From Marsupella aquatica (lineage: Eukaryota > Plantae > Marchantiophyta): a stretch of DNA of 64,000 bases. The notes beneath the pieces were generated by a model. It saw only the letters and a program-made list of their open reading frames with translations, made no database searches and was not told where the DNA came from. Location: positions 6,171,708-6,235,707 of the forward strand of contig OZ316891.1 of assembly GCA_973895155.1 (NCBI GenBank). Direction: 5' to 3'. Positions within the stretch are counted from its first letter, which is position 1. Each line of letters starts with the position of its first letter. Positions 37,781 to 50,975 of the stretch are shown here, piece by piece. The translations under genes and the position numbers were made by a program.

Positions 37781-38299
37781 ATGGCTGCAAATGGTGCATC
37801 CTCCTCACGGAATAGCTCGACGGGCACGGGCATGGTTGCCGCCTTCGAATATCTGAGGTTGGTGAAGAGAAGGTTAGCGGACGAACAGAAGTATAACGAT
37901 TTTTTGAAGGTCATCATCGACATCTCACATGACTTGAAAGCTCAGAGAATCGATAGAGGCGAGGTGGTCAGGAGAGTGAAGCATGTGCTCAGAGGTCACC
38001 CGATCCTCTTTCTCGGCTTCAACACGTTTCTCCCCGACGAGTACAAAATCTCTCTCCTTCCTGAAGACAGGCGAGTGAACACGGAGCCCTCGGTCGACTT
38101 CAACCATGTCAGGGACTACGTCAAGACGGTTGAGACGCGGTTTCAGAGCGAAGAGCATGTCTACTTGAAGTTCTTGGATATTCTTACTATGTACCGGAAG
38201 AGAACTATTTCAATCCAGGAAGTTCACCAAGAGGTAGCGCATCTCTTCATGGAGCATCATGATCTGGCGGACGAGTTCATCAGCATCGTGCGACCCTAA
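37781..38299 (+). CDS. Small intronless Sin3-like protein with two paired amphipathic helix (PAH) domains
   Basis: AFEYLRLVK..KYNDFLKV..VVRRVKHVLRGHPILFLGFNTFLP and DYVKTVETRFQSEEHVYLKFLDILTMY..VHQEVAHLFMEHHDLADEF. Confidence 0.8.
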   Translation: MAANGASSSRNSSTGTGMVAAFEYLRLVKRRLADEQKYNDFLKVIIDISHDLKAQRIDRGEVVRRVKHVLRGHPILFLGFNTFLPDEYKISLLPEDRRVNTEPSVDFNHVRDYVKTVETRFQSEEHVYLKFLDILTMYRKRTISIQEVHQEVAHLFMEHHDLADEFISIVRP

Positions 38300-40653
38300 T
38301 ATCGCCTGACCAACATCGTCAATTGAGACATCCGGACGATGGCTGCTAATGATGTCCGGATCACTGAATTGCAGCTCGTCGGGGAAGGGTGTCTTCAAAG
38401 GGAGGGGCACGTACCGGCAGACAGTGGGGGACAAAGTAGCAAACCCGCAGCCGCAGATAGTGAGTGTGCTCGAGCTCCGGAGATGGTTGGAGCGGAGACG
38501 AGTCAGGGCAGGATACATTCTTGCTAAGGTCAAGAAGATTGAAAATTTTCCACCGTCCATGCCGGCCGACCAGCTTACCCGACTCCAATTTCAAACGGGG
38601 GAAGAAGGAGAAGGAGCGCAGGCCCACTTGGGTCTTCTCTGCTGGAGAATGAGAGAATTTTTGGAGAGTTCTACTTTAATTTAGAGGCGTGGCAGGCTTT
38701 CTTCGACAAAGTGAAGGAAACGTTAATTTCCACGACCAAGTTTTGTGTGAAGAGTTAAACAGGTGTTCCTACGCCTTTCAGCGAAGCGATTCATCAGCTA
38801 TTCCGTGCCAGATTGAGTAGTACGTCGATGGATATGTGCGTACCAATTAGTCTATGAAATGCAACCCATGATCCTCGATCATATATAGATACTACGGGCC
38901 TCTATAGATAATTGATAGATGATGTTACAAGACAAATGTACATTGACATCTGCGCTGTGAGGTACGGTGTTTGCTTAGGAAAGCAAATAGAAGAAGGCAA
39001 GTAGGTAATGGTTTTTATGTCAAATTAATAAAAGCTCGTATCCATTTAGATTTTTCTAACCTTGCTTGGTGTACCCGTATCCATTCAGATTTTTTTAATA
39101 AACATCGTATTGCTTGTTCTGTCCATTCAGAATTTTCTGATGTACATGATGTTGCTTGTTATAGCAAGCAGAGCCTGTAGTCGAAGTTTCTTGTAAATAA
39201 AATGATAACGCTAGCTAGTGACCTTCATATGGCAGGTGAGTTTCACTTCTGAGTCTAGTGAATAATTGTTTCGATCCAATGAGGGTTCTCTCTCTCTTGT
39301 CTCTCTCTCTTAACAACATGAGTAGAACGCAAAAGAAATGGATGGCTCATAAAATGATAAGCCAGGCAAAGATATACACAGAAAATACTGTAATATATGC
39401 GATATGATACACTCGATAACGCGAATAAAGACACCAATGTGATCAGGACATCTCAGACTTTCATGGACCCAATAAACCTAAGTTGAGCCTAAACCTGACC
39501 GACTTTCATAGACTAACTAAACCTAAGTTGAGCCGGCCATTAGAAGCGCCTCCGTTCAATAATAGAAAATAGCCATACATATATAATACCACACAGCGCA
39601 GGGTCAAACACCCTTAAACTGACACTGGAATCTTGCGTGGGAGCATGGAAGAAGCTGACACAGACAGAGGAACAAAGGAGAATTGTGGGAGTGCAGTGTG
39701 TATACTCCAGGACCTTCCAGTGACTTGACCATACTAACATGGGCAATCATGAAATCATGATCAGGTGCCAGAAATTAATCTTTTATCGTCAGTATCACTC
39801 CGTGTTTACTATGCTGTATTCTAAAAAACGTTACAAGATTAACAAGTTTTTGATCCGAAAGCTCTCAATCACTCCTGTTTGCTATGCTATATTCTATAAA
39901 CGTTACAAAAACAATGATGCAAAAGCCAGCCCTGGCACAAATTAAGTCCCGCCTTGAAAGGACTCGACTAGTACCATTGATTGCAATAGGAGAACCCTCG
40001 AAGAAAAATCCAATTATGTGCATGCAAGAGAGCAGACCTTGATTCCTCGTGACGACAAGATTGACCTTTACACCCATACTTTGAAAGGTACTAGCTCTAT
40101 ATACTCATCAAAGAAGTTATGACAAACATACAATTACTTATTTTGCATAGACCAGTGCATGGCTTATTTCAATCTTTCTTGTTGCACGTACTAGCTTTTT
40201 ATGATCGAGAACAGTGATGTGGTGTCGACCCCATACTTAATTAAGACAGGTGTCCAGTGAGTACAAAAACACACATGCATCCTTCAATGCAAAGTCCCGA
40301 AGGCTTTCATATGTGGAATGTGGTTCCATCAGCAGTATTCAATTACCAAGGGACTGCAGCAAAACCGTCCCCTACCTCTCTACTCGTTGCTCAGAAATCT
40401 AGCAAAATCTCCCCTCAGATACTAAATTGCTGATCATTATCATCCTGGACATGCGGCGATAATGACATCAAAAACATTTTAGCCTATTTCCAAGCTACTC
40501 TAGCCAACGCACCCATCTCTGTACTTCTACCTCGAGTTCATCTCAGATGGAAGCTAGATATAAACTGGTGCTAGTCATCCCAACTTCCTGCCGCTTGGCA
40601 AATGGGTACGAAAATGGTGGGTATTGAACTGCATGCATGTAGATGCAGCCACC

Positions 40654-41166
40654 CTAGCCGGTAGTCGCGACTGTCAAATAAGGTTTGCACTTAACGAGAG
40701 CTTTCCGCATCCATTCCACCTGACATTTCTCAAGTCCATCGTCCAATGAAAACCATTGTCGTTGGCGGGCATGCTGTTCAGGCCAATTATCCAACTGCTC
40801 TGTGACAGACAGAGCAAATATATTGGCCCGACAGAGTCCTTCTGGACATAATTCTCCTTGTTTCCTCTTACTTTTGTAGTCCCAGCTACCAAGATTTTCT
40901 CTAAGAATGCCACGCACTCCCGCCTCTTCAAGAGCTTCTCTCAAAGCTGCCCCTTCCACTGTCTCATCAGTTTCCCAGCCACCCTTATGGAAAAGTAGAC
41001 CTTCACCTCGTTGTGAGGTGATCATGAGGACCTCAATATTTTTCTCTGAGTTGCCATTATCCAGGCCTGGTGATCGATTTCTATAAGGTACACAACCAGC
41101 AACAATGCGGTACCCTTGATCATAACGCTGCTGGTAACGCCCGGTACGTGCAACCAATGATGTCAT
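40654..41166 (-). CDS. Nudix hydrolase, DIPP-type (plant NUDT12/13/16-like), intronless
   Basis: ARTGRYQQRY..VAGCVPY N-terminus; intact Nudix box GGWETDETVEGAALREALEEAGV; WPEQHARQRQW. Confidence 0.9.
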   Translation of the reverse strand: MTSLVARTGRYQQRYDQGYRIVAGCVPYRNRSPGLDNGNSEKNIEVLMITSQRGEGLLFHKGGWETDETVEGAALREALEEAGVRGILRENLGSWDYKSKRKQGELCPEGLCRANIFALSVTEQLDNWPEQHARQRQWFSLDDGLEKCQVEWMRKALVKCKPYLTVATTG

Positions 41167-44019
41167 TGTGCTACCAGCCCCAAAGTCTCTGTTCTGGCCG
41201 ACTGCGCTTATAACTTGGATCGGACTACTGCGTTTGAGTGCTCACAATCTGATATAATATGAGCTGTTGCCACAGCTGTAGAGATGTAGAGAATCGGATT
41301 CGTTGCTGCAGAAGGGGGAACCAACAACGCCAAAACCAATTGCACAACTGTTCTGAGATTCCTCTAGCCCGGGCTCTAGCCGCTCTTAAATGCTTCTGAA
41401 TCACTGGTTGTTGATAGTCAGTGCCATCCATGCCCATTCCTATTCCTACCTCCCGGACCCTCCTGGGATAGTCATTTTTCATGATATCTTCCTGTAGTTT
41501 CCCAACAAAAACACAGTCAACGGCAACGCCAGCCATCATACACGTTTGTCCCACCCTCCTGCTACAGTCATTGTTCATCTCTTCCTTGGCTGACTTGTCC
41601 ATACCTCCCAGGCTTCTAGTTAGTCAGTGGTCGTCTCCTCCTTACTTATGTTACCTACAAGAGCACGTACGTACAGTCAATGCCATCATCCACGTTTGTC
41701 CACCCTGCTGCTATATATAGTCATCGTTCATCTCTTCCTTGGCTGACCCATCCAACCCTAATCCTACCCTCCTGTCTTATATAATTAACTAGCTAGTCAT
41801 TGTTCATCTCCTCCTTACCTCACTAACAGCATCCCACCATTACAATAACTTAACAGCTGCAGCAAAAGCAATTTTCAGATGCAGTCTTCCGGCCCTTCTG
41901 GAACGTAATTCGTTTTGCAGGATCGATGCACCCTCTTAATTGCAAAATTGTCAATGAAAATCTGCGGCCTGGCCCAGTACAGAATTCAAACAGCATACTT
42001 CTCACACTTTATGTACCCATGATGACAAGATTGATGGAAACCAACTTTGAGTACGTAGTCAAACTATATAATTTCTCCTTCACCATGAGAGTATAGTTGG
42101 AATTCGGCTAACTTAATGGCCATCTAACTCAGTGATGCTCGCTGAATTTTGGTAGCACGACCCTTCTTCATATATGTCTTAGTCACTCCAAACAAACACC
42201 TATGCCTCCAACAGTACTCCAGTAACTATTGAATGTCCCTGGCTCCCTACAATCGATCTAGCTAGTTCCCAACTTAACAAGTTCAATTCAGGGTCCTGCC
42301 CTATGCAACAAGATCAAGTCCAACTTAAATATGGAATGTGAGCTTAGCACTGATAGAAAGTTTAGATTATTGATTCTTCAGCCGTGCTACCTGGTTCCTG
42401 CTTAGACTGGTGCATCACTATCCTGCTTGTCTGCTATGCTCTAGCTAGGTTTGTTCTTGGTCACCTTGCTCATAGCTCTTCCGATGGACTTCTCGCTTCT
42501 CAACAATGGATTTTACTTCCTCTCTCAATCCGTCACTCCAACATGTTGCCTCACAGCTCCTCTCTTAGCTCGGTATCCAAGAGTGTCGCTGCTGCCTTCT
42601 TTCTCCCTCCATGTACTTTTCTTCTCTGATTTCATGTATGGGGCAGTTGAACTCCGTGTTTGCTGGTCTCGTCTTCAGTCTCTTCCAGTGCAACCTGGAC
42701 AGTTACTTTGCCCATTTAATAATGATTGGTCGATTGACTCATTGTGGCTTCCCTTCAAACAACAGCTAGCTACTAGCTGGGCAAAAAACGTTTTGCTCTG
42801 GTAAATGAGAAATTAACTTCTTTATGTACATCTCATACTCATGCCTTTTGACGTGAAAGTTGAATCCTAGTCTTCCTCGGGCGCATGGTATCGTCCCCAT
42901 CAGATGGATTTCCTGACCATGGATGGAATGGCATCTCACAAATCTAGCTTAATTTGGTCTCCAAGGAGAATAGGAATTGGGTACTTTTGGCTTGAATGGT
43001 AACTAAGAAATAAACCAAACCATCATGTTCTACAAACTACCCAACTGAAGCCCCCTCCTCCAAACACGTTGACACATTACCTTCAAGTCACAACCTTAAA
43101 TAGTTTACTCTGGCTAGTTTACACAAGAAAATGGTTATAATTAATATGAGTAACCTAGTTTTCTCTGGCTAGTTTACACAAGAAAATGGTAATTAATTAA
43201 GGATGAGTAAGCGGATGGAGTACGTTCTATCTTATTCAAACATTTGTGATATTTCTCAGGTGGAACTTTTGGGAGAGAGGATTAAGCTGGGACAGGGCGC
43301 TTCATGGGAGACCCATGACTGAAATCAATTAACTGAAAAAACTGCAAAACAATTTCATGCGATTGTCGAACTCCTGCTTCATTGCATGGGACAATGTGGC
43401 ACTTAATTCTAACTCCTTCATTCCTTCGAGGTTAGGAAACTATGTGAATTAATTAACTTACAGGTATAATTGCGCGCTGTGTCTAGTAGTTGTTTGTCGT
43501 TCATATATCTGGCTGTTAGGCAACCTCAAGATATTCATCAGTGTACTCCCATGATTCCTAAACGCTTCCCGGACATACACCTTCCGTTCCTTCCCACACT
43601 CTTCTGTCATTCGCCAGTGCACACCCATCATGTATGACAGTTCCGGTCCTTCAGACGCTCTTCAGTCATTGTTCAATATAACATCATTGTGAAAAGCAAG
43701 AAGGGAACAGTACGCCTGACCTCTTGCACAGTACGTCAGTACATTCCAGATCTCTACTCTTGAGCTTTTGATCGAGCATGCAGTCTCGAGCCGAACAATT
43801 CTGATTTCCGCAGGCGCGCATGCACAATTTTGCGGGCTGCAATGTCGATCTGACTACTGACGTAGGATATGAGATACTTAAGGCACAATGTTTCATTGGA
43901 TCTAGGGTGTTAGGCCTACAATCAGCAATCAGTAACACTTGTAATTTGTCGTCATCAGTAAGTTGTCTAAACAGCTTCAGTCACCTACCACCTACAGTAT
44001 ATAAGGAACCTTGCCCCCC

Positions 44020-44022
<3 letters not shown>

Positions 44023-44070
<48 letters not shown>
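44023..44070. repeat. (CT)n microsatellite
   Basis: Pure CT run just downstream of a TATATAA motif and upstream of the F-box gene. Confidence 0.95.
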
Positions 44071-44074
<4 letters not shown>

Positions 44075-44279
44075 GTGTGCTACTCAGGATCAAGTTGCTT
44101 CAGTCATTCTTCTCATCGTTTGTTTATATCATTGAAAGTTAGTTCCAGTCCTGCAGACATTGATTGATCGATCGAATCCCATCAAAGACTTCAATCTTAT
44201 CTAAAGTTTTTTGGCAAACAGTTGACACAGGAGGTCGATCTTCATCCATCTTCGATAATCAACTTGCACGTTTCATTCC

Positions 44280-45397
44280 TTGTGTATATATCCATTCGTT
44301 GTGGAATCTAAAGATGTTTTTTCATTGGTTGACGAACTTCTTCCTGGTCTTCCAAATGACGTGAGCTTGAGCCACATTGCTACAAAGTTGCCGTGGGAAA
44401 TGTTTTCAGTTTTATCTGCAGTAAGTACTAGTTGGCAGAAGGCAATTCGAAGTGGACTGGTATATGATACCAGAGTTCGGTCACAGTCAACGGAGACACT
44501 AGTAGTTATTCCTCGCCACAAGGATGAAGGGGAGGAGTGCATTTGTCTCTATTCCACCAGGGAGAAGACTTTCTGTGACCTTCCTCCGATCCCAGATTTC
44601 GGCCTTCAACCCCGAATTAGCTGGTCGTGGCAAGTCACCCCATTGGATGGAAAAATATATGCTTTGGGAGGACCTTCTGTACTTTCCGGCTGCAAGGCCG
44701 GAAAAAATCTTTACATGCTGGATCTGCGGGCTGGGCGGAGGGAGTGGAAAAAGCTTGCAAATATCCTGGAAGGCAGACACCTCTTTGTATGTGGTGTGCT
44801 AAGTGGAAAGATTTATGTCTTTGGGGGCATCTCTGATGAATTAGAATTGATAAATTCATTAGAGGTGTACGATCCCAATCACAACACGTGGTCCCTTATA
44901 AAGTCCATGGATATGCAAGAGTTGGTTTTCCCACTAGTTCTTCCAATGGGAGAGGAGTTTCTATTGCATAGAGGACGTTATCCCGCTTGGAAGATTTATC
45001 ATCCAGCTACTGATACTTGGCGAACTGTACAACGACCTACAGACATAGAGAATGGAACGTTATTCACCTTCCAAGGGAATCTCTATTCCATGGTTTCCTT
45101 GGCGTCCGTATTTATGACATCGACACCAATTTATGGAGACAGCAACATTCAATGCACTGGGCTGGAGAGAATCAGTATTTGGATTTTCAGGCAAGGCTTA
45201 TCGTTCGTGCAAATAATGAGCTAGTAGCTGCAGTACAGTGGACTACTAACGAGCTTTCCGATAGCTCAAGCATCATTCAAAGCAAAGGTTTCAGCAATGA
45301 GAAAACAGAGATTGTGTGGGAGAAAGTGCCAGACTCCGGAACATTCTTTGACGGGCTAGGCCTTATTCGACCATTTATGGGGACTGTTCAGCTCTGA
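44280..45397 (+). pseudogene. F-box/kelch-repeat gene with one frameshift near 45095
   Basis: F-box LLPGLPNDVSLSHIATKLPW; kelch repeats GKIYALGG and GKIYVFGG..EVYDPNHNTW; C-terminus (GVRIYDIDTNLW..) continues in another frame; no clear ATG before the F-box. Confidence 0.8.
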
Positions 45398-48300
45398 CTG
45401 GATATGGTGCATACTGCAAACTTTACATGTTCCTAGCAGACTATCTTGTTGGTCCCCTGAACTCAGTCTTATAACCTACGAGAGTCGATCAGTATAGGTC
45501 ATTAGATGTACTAAATCGTCCACCCCTGTATTTAGTACGTTCTGGTCGACTAGTACATAACGTGAGTGCATAGATATTGGCTAAAGTGGTTTGTCGATCA
45601 ATAAGTATTCTCATCTTTGTTAGTTCCTTTCGAAACATTGAAGTTTGTGGTATTTTAGTTACTCCATGTTTGACCTTATTTGAGCAATTCAAGTATTTAA
45701 GTTGCTTTTATATTGAAGGCTTTGACTAACAAAATCATGAAGGGTAATGCATTGTAAAGATAGGAATGGCCTTTGGCATGAGATATCTCATCTTAGGACA
45801 TTGACTATGAGTGACTATGAAGGCTATGCTACACTTGATTCATGAGAAGATGAGGGGGGACCCTAAGGTTCCAATTCTAAATAAATCCTAGACACATCTC
45901 CAATTTCAAAAGAGTTGGACCAAAAAGTCCATTGCATCAACAATTGGACCAAGATCCCATTGTACTTGGATTGCAAATGAATCTCAACTTCCTACCACTG
46001 TCTTGGAAACAATTGTCCAATTCTAAAAACCTTTGGAATATCTTACCAATCACTTTTGCTTTTGAAAATACCTTTTCGCTTCATTACTGCTGAGCAAACT
46101 ATCCAATTCAATGTGCATCAAAAACTTCCAATTTGTATTGAATGACAACTTCCAATTCTAATTTGATGGGAAAAACCTGCTTAAGTTTTTATTTGGAGAG
46201 GGTTTTCCAATTCATTTAGAATTGGAGAAGAATTGGAACAAGCAATTCAATTGTGTCTGGCTCAAACAAGCAATCATACTTTTCCTTAAATTGTAGTATT
46301 TTGGAGTATTTACAGTAAAGTAAACGCTTGTATTACTGAGAAATGGGCTCAAGGCTTTATACCGTAGAGCCAAGTAAACAACATGACACATGGCATACTA
46401 TAAGATTGCATGGCCTACTGCATCCCTGATATATCGATGCATGCAACATGATTTAGTGGATACATCAAATCTAACCTACTCTTCCACGTACGCAATCAAC
46501 TCTAATGCGGTGCGGCGCCTATTATGGTGTGGCGCAGGCTATCAACTCAATTGCAGTGCGGCACCTATTATGGTGCGGCGCCGCTTGGCACAATTCTAAA
46601 TAAACCTCTATGCTAAATAAACAACATGTAGTCTAATCAGATATTATTCTGATTGGGACACCTCTACGTGATTATAGTGATGAATCAGATCAACATAAGT
46701 CATGCTATGTAGTGAGTCACGTACTTTCAACAGTACTGACGGTCCATTAATTTGTGATTGAGTTGGAATGGTGAAAGTCCAATTCTACTTTAATGGCAAG
46801 GTCCTATATGCATTGGCTTGGACTGGTTAGGTCATAGATCCAATTAAAATAGAATCCTCAGCATAGTCAAAAGATGATAATCAGACTAGGCACCAAAATG
46901 TACTAGTGATTCTTTCCTTGTTGCTCCTTATACAAATGAATCGGGGTCCCATTGCTCCTCCTTCTACTAGAAGCATCCACAAGAATAGATCCAATAATTA
47001 GGGTAGACCTGAACATGATGTATCCATGGAGAATCCACTAGAAACATGAATCACCAATTGGAATTTTTATCTAAGGATGGAGAATCCACTAAAAACATGT
47101 TAAGTAAAGACTAAAGCTAGAGTAGTGGTCTATTCGGTCTTAGTTTCCTGATCATGTCATTGAGATTATTAAATTGGATGTTGGCGTCTAGCTTAAAATT
47201 AAATTTTTCCCATATTTGTGCATGATTTCCATGAGTCCCAAAAGTAGATGAGATTTTATGATACCGTCAAGTTTGAGGAAACTCAGCACTTCAATTCAAT
47301 TAGGTAGCAATTAGGCTGGCTTAACGATAAAGCATATCAGATCCTTGAATGTTCAAATAAACACTCATTGATGCGGGCCAAACTGAGAAGAACAGGCTTA
47401 GATGAGTACACCACTGTAAAAGAATGTTAAAGTAAGTGACTGCCCCGACTCAGCTCACAAAAAGTACCTTTGATGTCTTTGATCCCGACTATTGGAAATG
47501 GGCTAAATTATGGGCAACAAATCAGAATAGGCAATGCCAATTATGTGTTACCAACGGTGTCTAGGGGGAAATGTGGTTCTTGAGGAACCACCGAGCCTAT
47601 GGCTGCTAGTATCAAGAGAGAACTTAAGTTAAGATCATGATTACTATTCTAGACTAGGTAGCAGGTCTACACCACAAGGAATGGTTCTGTGGATGAAAGC
47701 ACAATATCATAACCATTTTCCCCATACCTACGGACTATTGCCTCCTTGGCAGCTACCTTGGGTTGAGTTACAAAATGAATATCTCTCAACGAGAAAGAAA
47801 GGGAAGATTCATCGGAGGGAGGTTTGTTAAGATCCATCTCATTGATACAAGATAAAATTGTGCAAGCCCAATCCTGCCCGTAAACTACATAAGGGTATAC
47901 AAGTGGCTCTATTGAATTTCACACTGTAGTTGCAAATGCTTCTCCAAAGTGAAAAGTCATATGCTGACGCATTATCTCTTTTTGGAGTACATGAATTCTA
48001 ATAAGGAAAAGATTAGGGAGAGAAAGAACAGGTACAAGTTGTCTGGACATTATCGTACTATCAAATATTTCATCCAACTAATATTCATTCTAATGACATA
48101 ATATAGAATCATTCAACAAAAAAAATTATTTATTCAAACAAACACTATGCATTGAGTTAACTCTAAGTATATACATGCAAATATTTATCTTAATAAGTTT
48201 ATCTTCTTTTGAATAAAAAACTATATGAAGGTCCAACGCATACAAATTATCACTGACTGAGTTAAGCTCCAAACCAGCGTGCATGTGTGGGTCTACTTCA

Positions 48301-48419
48301 TATTTAAGGGTTTCACCCAAAATAAGCATATGATGTCAAAGTATTGTTGAGCACTTTCCAACTCTTTAGTACTTAATAACCATCTCTTATCAAATGATAA
48401 CACTTTTTGAAGGTCCAAC

Positions 48420-50531
48420 ACTGGTGGCTCTCCCACCATGTGCCCGTCCAAACTCGTTTCTCAGCCTTGAAACAAGTTGAACCTTGCACTAACACGGAAT
48501 GTTGGGGCAAGTTCTCCCCGACTATACTCCTTGTCGTTAGCGACCCCTCCCATACGAAGCCGCACTTGCCCTCGTCAGCACAACCGTCGCTCAACGGTAT
48601 TTGCTATCTGCACAAGCAACCAACCAACCGGTAAGAACTTGTCTTGATCTCGGAACTCCCAAGACCATTGTCTTGCCTCAAGCTCAACAGTCGTTAGTAA
48701 GTAGGTCAGCGGATAGAGCCTCCCAGGCCCGCATGGCCTTGCCATAAGCTGAAACTAAGGTCGACATCATTGTTCGTCCAGAATAGTCTATCTACCGGAT
48801 GTCGCCCAAGCTTCCCCACTTTCTACCCGTCAATGGCTGACCGCCCTGCCTCCAGGACATGCGCATGGCCCAAACTCAGTTTTTCACAAACTAGTAGTAA
48901 CACGCCGGGACCATTCAGTTTCTAGATCTTAGCCACCTCTCTGCGAAACCGGGTTCCGCTCAACCTCTCACCATGCATCGGGACCAGATCTCAATGGCAG
49001 CCCCCAGAGTCTACTTGGTTCTACCTCTCCAACATCAGGTCCCCGTGGGAACTAAATGCGGTTTGGTCACTGTTCGACTTCGGATCGGCAAGAGGGACTC
49101 CCCCCATTGCAAGCCTCAAAACCAAAATCATCCAATGCACAATCAGAGTGCACCATGAGGTAGCTTTCTTCATTAGCTTTCCAACGAGCCCAAGAACTCC
49201 CCCAACGGAGATCCGGTCGTCGAGTTATGTTTGTTTCCGCATCAAAACTCGAAACGACGTATCTTCGTTGATCGCGATCAGCTCGAGCTCAAACTTAAGA
49301 GGACCACTCCCCTCATATATGCTTCTGGGGACCTGCCACCCCCGGACCAGCTTTGGTCCCCTATCTTTGGCCCCCTACCCGAGGGTCCGTGGGCCCCGCC
49401 ACTTAGCTCGAAACGAAAATAATTGAAAACCTTCTGTAACTTGGCCTCGAGCGCAAATTGTGGCATAAGGGGCTAAAAGTTACGGCCCTAACCCCGCTCT
49501 GGTCCAGGCAACCCCCCCTGGTCCAGGCAACCCCCTCTTGGTCCATCGATGCACGGCGACTCTAATCAAGTCTAAATCGGCCATAACTTTTGGCCCCTAG
49601 GTCCGTTGGCCAAAAAATATGCGGCCCCATGATCGGGCTCATGTGGGGCTTCTCAGGCCCCTATGGTGATCCGTTAGAAAAATAGTTCATTTTTCCGTGA
49701 TCGGCAACGGGCCCAAACTACAAGTATGCGGCTTGAGTCGGCCATAACTTTTGGCCCCTGGGTCCGTTGGCCAAAAAATATGCGGCCCCATGATCGGGCT
49801 CATGTGGGGCTTCTTGGGCCCCTATGGTCATCCGTTGGAAAAATAGTTCATTTTTCCATGATCGGCAACGGGCCCAAACTACAAGCATGCGGCTTGAGTC
49901 GGCCATAACTTTTGGCCCCTGGGTCCGTTGGCCAAAAAATATGCGGCCCCATGATCGGGCTCATGTGGGGCTTCTCAGGCCCCTATGGTGATCCGTTGGA
50001 AAAATAGTTCATTTTTCCATGATCGGCAACGGGCCCAAACTACAAGTATGCGGCTTGAGTCGGCCATAACTTTTGGCCCCTGGGTCCGTTGGCCAAAAAA
50101 TATGCGGCCCCATGATCGGGCTCATGTGGGGCTTCTTGGGCCCCTATGGTGATCCATTGGAAAAATAGTTCATTTTTCCATGATCGGCAACGGGCCCAAA
50201 CTACAAGCATGCGGCTTGAGTCGGCCATAACTTTTGGCCCCTGGGTCCGTTGGCCGAGAAATATGCGGCCCCATGATCGGGCTCATGTGGGGCTTCTTGG
50301 GCCCCTATGGTGATCCATCAGAAAAATAGATCATATTTCCGTGATCGGCAATGGGCCCAATAAAGTTAATTGGAGCACGCTTTTCTCAAGTCTTGTCCTT
50401 GCTCTTACTAGCCTCCTCTTTGTTAGTCGCATCCCTAATGGCCATGATGGTAGCAAATCTAAGAGGGGCTCAACGCTGGAGTTAGGCAACGCCGGAGCAA
50501 TTACGAGCAGGTGAAAGTTGTATTCGCGACT
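48420..50531. mobile_element. 2112-bp element, copy B
   Basis: Starts ACTGGTGGC, ends CGCGACT; 5-bp TSD CCAAC at 48415-48419 and 50532-50536. Confidence 0.85.
49581..50360. repeat. 161-bp tandem array (~5 units) in copy B
   Basis: Same unit as 32315-33095. Confidence 0.95.
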
Positions 50532-50821
50532 CCAACTCATACAAAATATCTCTGACCAAGCCGAAGCTCTAAGCAAGCGTGCATGAGTGGGTCTACTTCA
50601 TAAGGGTTATATTCATAGAAGAGGTCATCAAGTCCAATGGATTCTTAAGGCTTCACAACTTAGTTGATGAAAAATGGGGAATGAGGGGAGAGAGCCTCTC
50701 TCCTCTTTATTTATAGTGCTCACACCTCAAGCACACGGATCAAGCATGGCACACGGATGGAAGCCATGTGTCACACATCCAAGGCAAGTAAGTGTGCTAG
50801 TACTGTAGTTACGTGAGTGAA

Positions 50822-50975
50822 GCAACTGTAGGCAATACACTGTAGCATGCACACTGTAGATCGTACACTGTAGCATGCACTATGTAAATCGTACACTATA
50901 ACATGCTCACTGTAGATCATACACTGTAGCATGCACACTATAGGTCATGCACTGTAGCATGCACGCTATGCACAT
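50822..50975. repeat. Short-period degenerate tandem repeat (cactgtagcatgca / cactgtagatcgta)
   Basis: About ten cactgtag-like cores at ~14-16-bp spacing. Confidence 0.75.

Noticed and set aside
45880-46270. AT-rich stretch with many CCAATT motifs as a possible MITE
   Set aside because: Only a weak ~8-bp terminal match and no convincing TSD.
47280-48060. Coding-like minus-strand stretch (HVLQKEIMRQHMTFHFGEAF...)
   Set aside because: Interrupted by stops and not assignable to a family by eye; needs a translated search.
48228-50610. ~75-bp direct repeats on either side of 2112-bp copy B as possible short LTRs
   Set aside because: They are diverged units of an older local duplication; the CCAAC TSD shows copy B inserted into one of them.
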